Assembly (NCBI GenBank): GCA_031835245.2
Contig: JAVKOQ020000051.1
Location: forward strand, 62,001-126,000
From: Balamuthia mandrillaris
Taxonomy: Eukaryota
Reading direction: 5' to 3'
DNA: 64,000 bases
Shown: positions 60,408 to 64,000 of the stretch, in pieces
Layout: each line of letters starts with the position of its first letter
Position numbering within the stretch: the first letter of the stretch is position 1
The notes under the pieces: generated by a model
What the model saw: the letters and a program-made list of their open reading frames with translations, nothing else
What the model was told of the DNA's origin: nothing
The model's database searches: none
Made by a program: the position numbers and the translations under genes

Positions 60408-61901
60408 ATGCGGTCATCGGAACTGTTGGGCAAGCTTCGCCGGCCTTTCTGCTGCACCTCTCTCTCTCGCACTCGCGTTCGTCTAGACCAAGGCTTTGGC
60501 TTTCATCGCGGCTTTCATCGGCTCTCTTTGCCAGCTATCTTCGGTTCAGATCAAGAGAACAGCTCGACCCACAAAAACTGCTTCAAGAAGATGACCACCG
60601 CAAGCAACGTGGTCTTGTACTACGCAACACTCAACTCTGTTGTCCCGCAAAAGACGGCCTACACAACAGACAAAAAGAGGCAGAGCAACAACAACAAGAA
60701 CAAGAAGACAGAATCCACAAACGCAGCCACACCGACGCCCAAAGCGCTCCCGGTGCTGGAGTTGGGAGGAGAAGAGTACATCGACACGCACACCCACGTG
60801 GACTCCATCTTCAAAAAGTTCAAACTGCCGTTGACCCAGTGGCCTGCTTTCAGCAAGACGTACTTTCAGCCGGGCTTTGGAGGGTGCATCACCGTTTGCT
60901 GCAGCCCGGATAGCATTGAGCCCGTCACTCGCTTGTTGCCCTATGAGGGCATCCATGCTGCCTTTGGCGTTCATCCTCATAACGTACTCTTCACGTTCCG
61001 TTGTCACTCCCTTCTCGCTGCTTTTGTTCTTTTCGTTTTTGTCACTGCGCTTCGTTGCTTTCTTTTCTCACTTCTCTCGTTCTGTTTTTGTTGATCTCTT
61101 CAATCGACAACAAAGGCTAAAGACTATAGCGACGGACTGGAGAAGCGAATAGAAGACATGATGTCGCATCCCAAGACGGTGGCTTGGGGTGAGTGCGGAC
61201 TGGACTACTTCTACAGCTTCTCCGAGCCAGAGCTCCAAAGAACAGTCTTTACGCGGCAGGTTCAAAAGGCAGTGCAGCACAAGAAACCTTTGGTCATCCA
61301 CACGAGAGAGGCTGAAGAGGATACTTTGCAGATCATGGAACAGCATCTTCCAAAGGACTGGCCAGTGCATGTTCATTGTTTCACGAGCTCTGTACAAATG
61401 GCGAAGCAGTTATTGGAGCGGTGGTCTAACCTTGTCATCGGGTTTACTGGGGTAAGTTTAGCTGAGGAGAGAGAGAGAGAGAGAAACAAGGAAAAGGATG
61501 CAAAGGAGTAAAACAAGAAGCAATATGTTTTTTGTTGACCTTCCTTCCATAGGTGATAACGTTTCAATCGACGGAGAGTGTACGTGATGTGGTGAGACTG
61601 GTGCCTCTGGATAGATTTTTGCTGGAAACGGATGGCCCGTTCATGGCGCCGTTACCTTTCAGGTACATTCGCGTGCATTCTTTCTTCCTTGCTATTTTGT
61701 TTCTGTTCTCACCTATCTCTCTTCTCGCTTTGTTCTCATCCATCTTCGCTCCTCTTATCATTATCCATGTGAAGAGGAGAAGTTTGCCATTCTGGCCACG
61801 TGCCGTTCATTGCCAAGATGGTCAGCCAAGTCAAAGATGTCCCGCTGAAGGAGGTGTTGGCCGCCGCTCGGGCCAACACCCGCAGAGTCTACGGCATTTA
61901 A
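60408..61901 (+). CDS. TatD-family nuclease (TATDN2-like), 4 exons
   Basis: YIDTHTH, FGVHPH, WGECGLDY, VIHTRE, VHCFT, LLETDGP. Start could be 60408 or 60591. Confidence 0.93.
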
Positions 61902-62018
61902 GCAAAAAAAAAAAAGTTTTTCTTTTTTTCTTCTCCACTTTTTGTTTTCTCAGAAAACGACAAAGAGAGAAACAAAAAGACTCATAACACACCTTCTTCT
62001 CTCTTCGACAAACCAACC

Positions 62019-62678
62019 ATGCAACACCCAAGAAGACAACAAAAGGACCGCACCGCTGTCACAGAGACCAACGACTTTGTATTCTTCTGGCACGGCTGGC
62101 CCTCCCAATGGCACCCTTCGCCCTTCCAGCTGGAGGGCGATCAATACACCTGCGCGGAGCAGTACATGATGTGCGAGAAGGCCAAACTCTTTGGGGATAC
62201 CGCCGTCCGAGAAGCTATCCTGAAGGCGGGCCATGACCCGCGCCGACACAAGGAGCTGGGGAGAAAGGTGAAGGGCTTCAAAGACGCTCTCTGGAACCAG
62301 CGCAGGGAGGAGATAGTCTTTCTCGGCAACCTGGCCAAGTTCCGCCAGAACCCGGAGCTCAAAGCGTTGTTGCTGGCTACGGAGGAGAAGGTGTTGGTGG
62401 AGGCCAGCCCATTGGACAAGGTATGGGGCATCGGCTTGGCCGCGGAGGACCCGAGAGCAAAAGATCCCAAGCGGTGGTTGGGATTGAACCTGTTGGGAAA
62501 GGCGTTGATGCGGGCCCGGCAGCAGTTGAGAGAGGAAGAAGAAAAAGAAGCGGAAGGGGAACGGGAACGGGAAGAGGGAGCGGAGGAGGAAGAAAGTAAC
62601 GAAGCAACCCCATCAGAACCGCAAGAGAAACCAGAAACAACAAAGAAGAACAAGAGGAAACGAAATGCCAGAGTGTGA
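62019..62678 (+). CDS. NADAR (YbiA-like) family protein, intronless
   Basis: SQWHPSPF, AEQYMMCEKAKLFGD, LGRKV, KFRQNPELK.LLLAT, LVEASPLDKVWGIGL, GLNLLGKALM. Confidence 0.95.
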   Translation: MQHPRRQQKDRTAVTETNDFVFFWHGWPSQWHPSPFQLEGDQYTCAEQYMMCEKAKLFGDTAVREAILKAGHDPRRHKELGRKVKGFKDALWNQRREEIVFLGNLAKFRQNPELKALLLATEEKVLVEASPLDKVWGIGLAAEDPRAKDPKRWLGLNLLGKALMRARQQLREEEEKEAEGEREREEGAEEEESNEATPSEPQEKPETTKKNKRKRNARV

Positions 62679-63080
62679 AGCTTACCAATTATTATCAGCA
62701 AAATATCAAAATAGTCGATTTATTTTCCTTTTTCCACCGTTTTGTCGTAAATTATCGTATAAAAATTCCCAAAATAGAAAGGCTTTTTTGTGGACTTATA
62801 AATGAGAAAAGAAGAAAAGCAAAAAAAATTGCATCAAACGGCAGACTATCTGGAGGTTGGAATTGTATCGCCCCTTTTTGGGCGCTACGACAAGAGCTCT
62901 TTCCACGCGAAGGAGTTTTTGTGTGATCCTTTCTCCCGTTCCCTTTGCCGAGAGGGATAGGATGAGTGGTTTTCTTTTTTAAAACAGTGGACGTACCGCT
63001 ACCGGTTGTTCACACGCGTGAACTGTCACCCACATTCTTCACTTAAAAAAAAAGTAACGTTTCGCTTGCTTCGCGACTGC

Positions 63081-63940
63081 TCATAGCTTTGCTCTTATTG
63101 CACTGGAGCTGATGGAGGGTGTTGTGGTGTGTGTCGGGGAGGAAGGATTTGTTGGAGGGTGTAACGTCATGCATGCTTCAGGGCTGCTCATACAGGCAGT
63201 CACGTACTCCTTGGCTTGCTCCACGTTGTGCTTGTCCACCACCACCGGTCGACCACAGTAAACGTCCACCGTAGCGAAGGGAAAGAGCCACATCTTCTTG
63301 TCCCAGGAGTGAGAGTGAACCCACTTGCGTGACACTTCGTAGCAGAGTGGAACGATGGGCACTCCTGACTGCATGGACATGTGCAACGCCCCAGCTTTCA
63401 TCTGCCGGGCAGGACCTTTGGGTCCATCCGGCGGAATCTGCGTGCCCATAAAGCAAGTTAGAAAGCAGAGACAGAGGAGAGAACAAACAGACAGATAACA
63501 GAGAACAGGGTAAAACAAACCAAGGTTGAGTGACCACTTCTCAACGCTTGAATTACTTGCTTTGCAGCTTCTCTCCCTCCATGTCCGGTTGAGCCCAACA
63601 CCAACCGAAAGCCTAACTGCTGCAGAAGCACATGGACCGGCTTCATGTACCAAGCTGGATGGTTCAGCGCGGTAAAGGGTGGATGTTGCTGTCGTGCCGC
63701 CAAATGAATGGCTCCAAAAACTGTAAGAAACTGGTGCCAAGAAGCGATGATGTAGTTCCGAGAGTAGAGGAAGGATTGCAGGTCACAGTGACCAGTGGGA
63801 AGGTTGTGCGCTCTCACGCGAACGGTGAGCGAACAGAGGTTGCAATAAAGCCACAAGGAGTTGCCGAGAAAATAGCTCAGGAGGAGATACACCGGCCGTA
63901 GATACAATGGCACATTGTCCACTCGAACCACCTCCTTCAT
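63081..63940 (-). CDS. DUF374 / LPLAT-superfamily acyltransferase-like protein, 2 exons
   Basis: IIASWH, LGFRLVLGSTGHGGREA, |IPPDGPKGP, KAGAL..SGVPIVP, SWDK..FPF. The frame stays open to the window edge, so the start is uncertain. Confidence 0.8.
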
Positions 63941-64000
63941 TTTTTGGGTGGGCAACAGAAGACGAAGCGTTACCGCAGCCGCAAAGAATCCAAAGCAGCG

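Overview
Gene-dense, intron-rich eukaryotic nuclear DNA with short GT-AG introns full of (CT)n/(CTTT)n/(GAA)n tracts. The myosin closely resembles Acanthamoeba myosin IC, so the source is probably an amoebozoan of the Acanthamoeba/Balamuthia type (inference). About 25 genes can be reconstructed by hand. They are a PFKFB, an E2 enzyme, three BAR-domain paralogues with an intronless giant-virus-type F-box/ankyrin gene inside the array, a four-TM protein, UBR1-like N-recognin, SIRT2, an epoxide hydrolase, three tandem type-I surface proteins (one frameshifted), a DUSP, a TPR protein, an orphan ORF, Beclin-1/ATG6, a DUF4062-NACHT-TPR STAND protein, myosin I, a SIR2-like/ankyrin fusion, a tri-ubiquitin gene, a broken F-box/ankyrin gene, TatD, NADAR and a DUF374 acyltransferase. 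The best candidate for an undescribed system is a 10-exon gene (54452-58202, minus strand) that fuses an antiphage-type, FAM118/SIRal-like SIR2 domain to about 10 ankyrin repeats. It lies next to a polyubiquitin gene whose three units each carry a substitution, a virus-type ankyrin pseudogene, TatD and NADAR. Two intergenic regions contain regularly spaced palindrome arrays (TGACGTCA and GTCGAC). All family calls come from motif recognition by eye with no database search, and exon boundaries are manual predictions.
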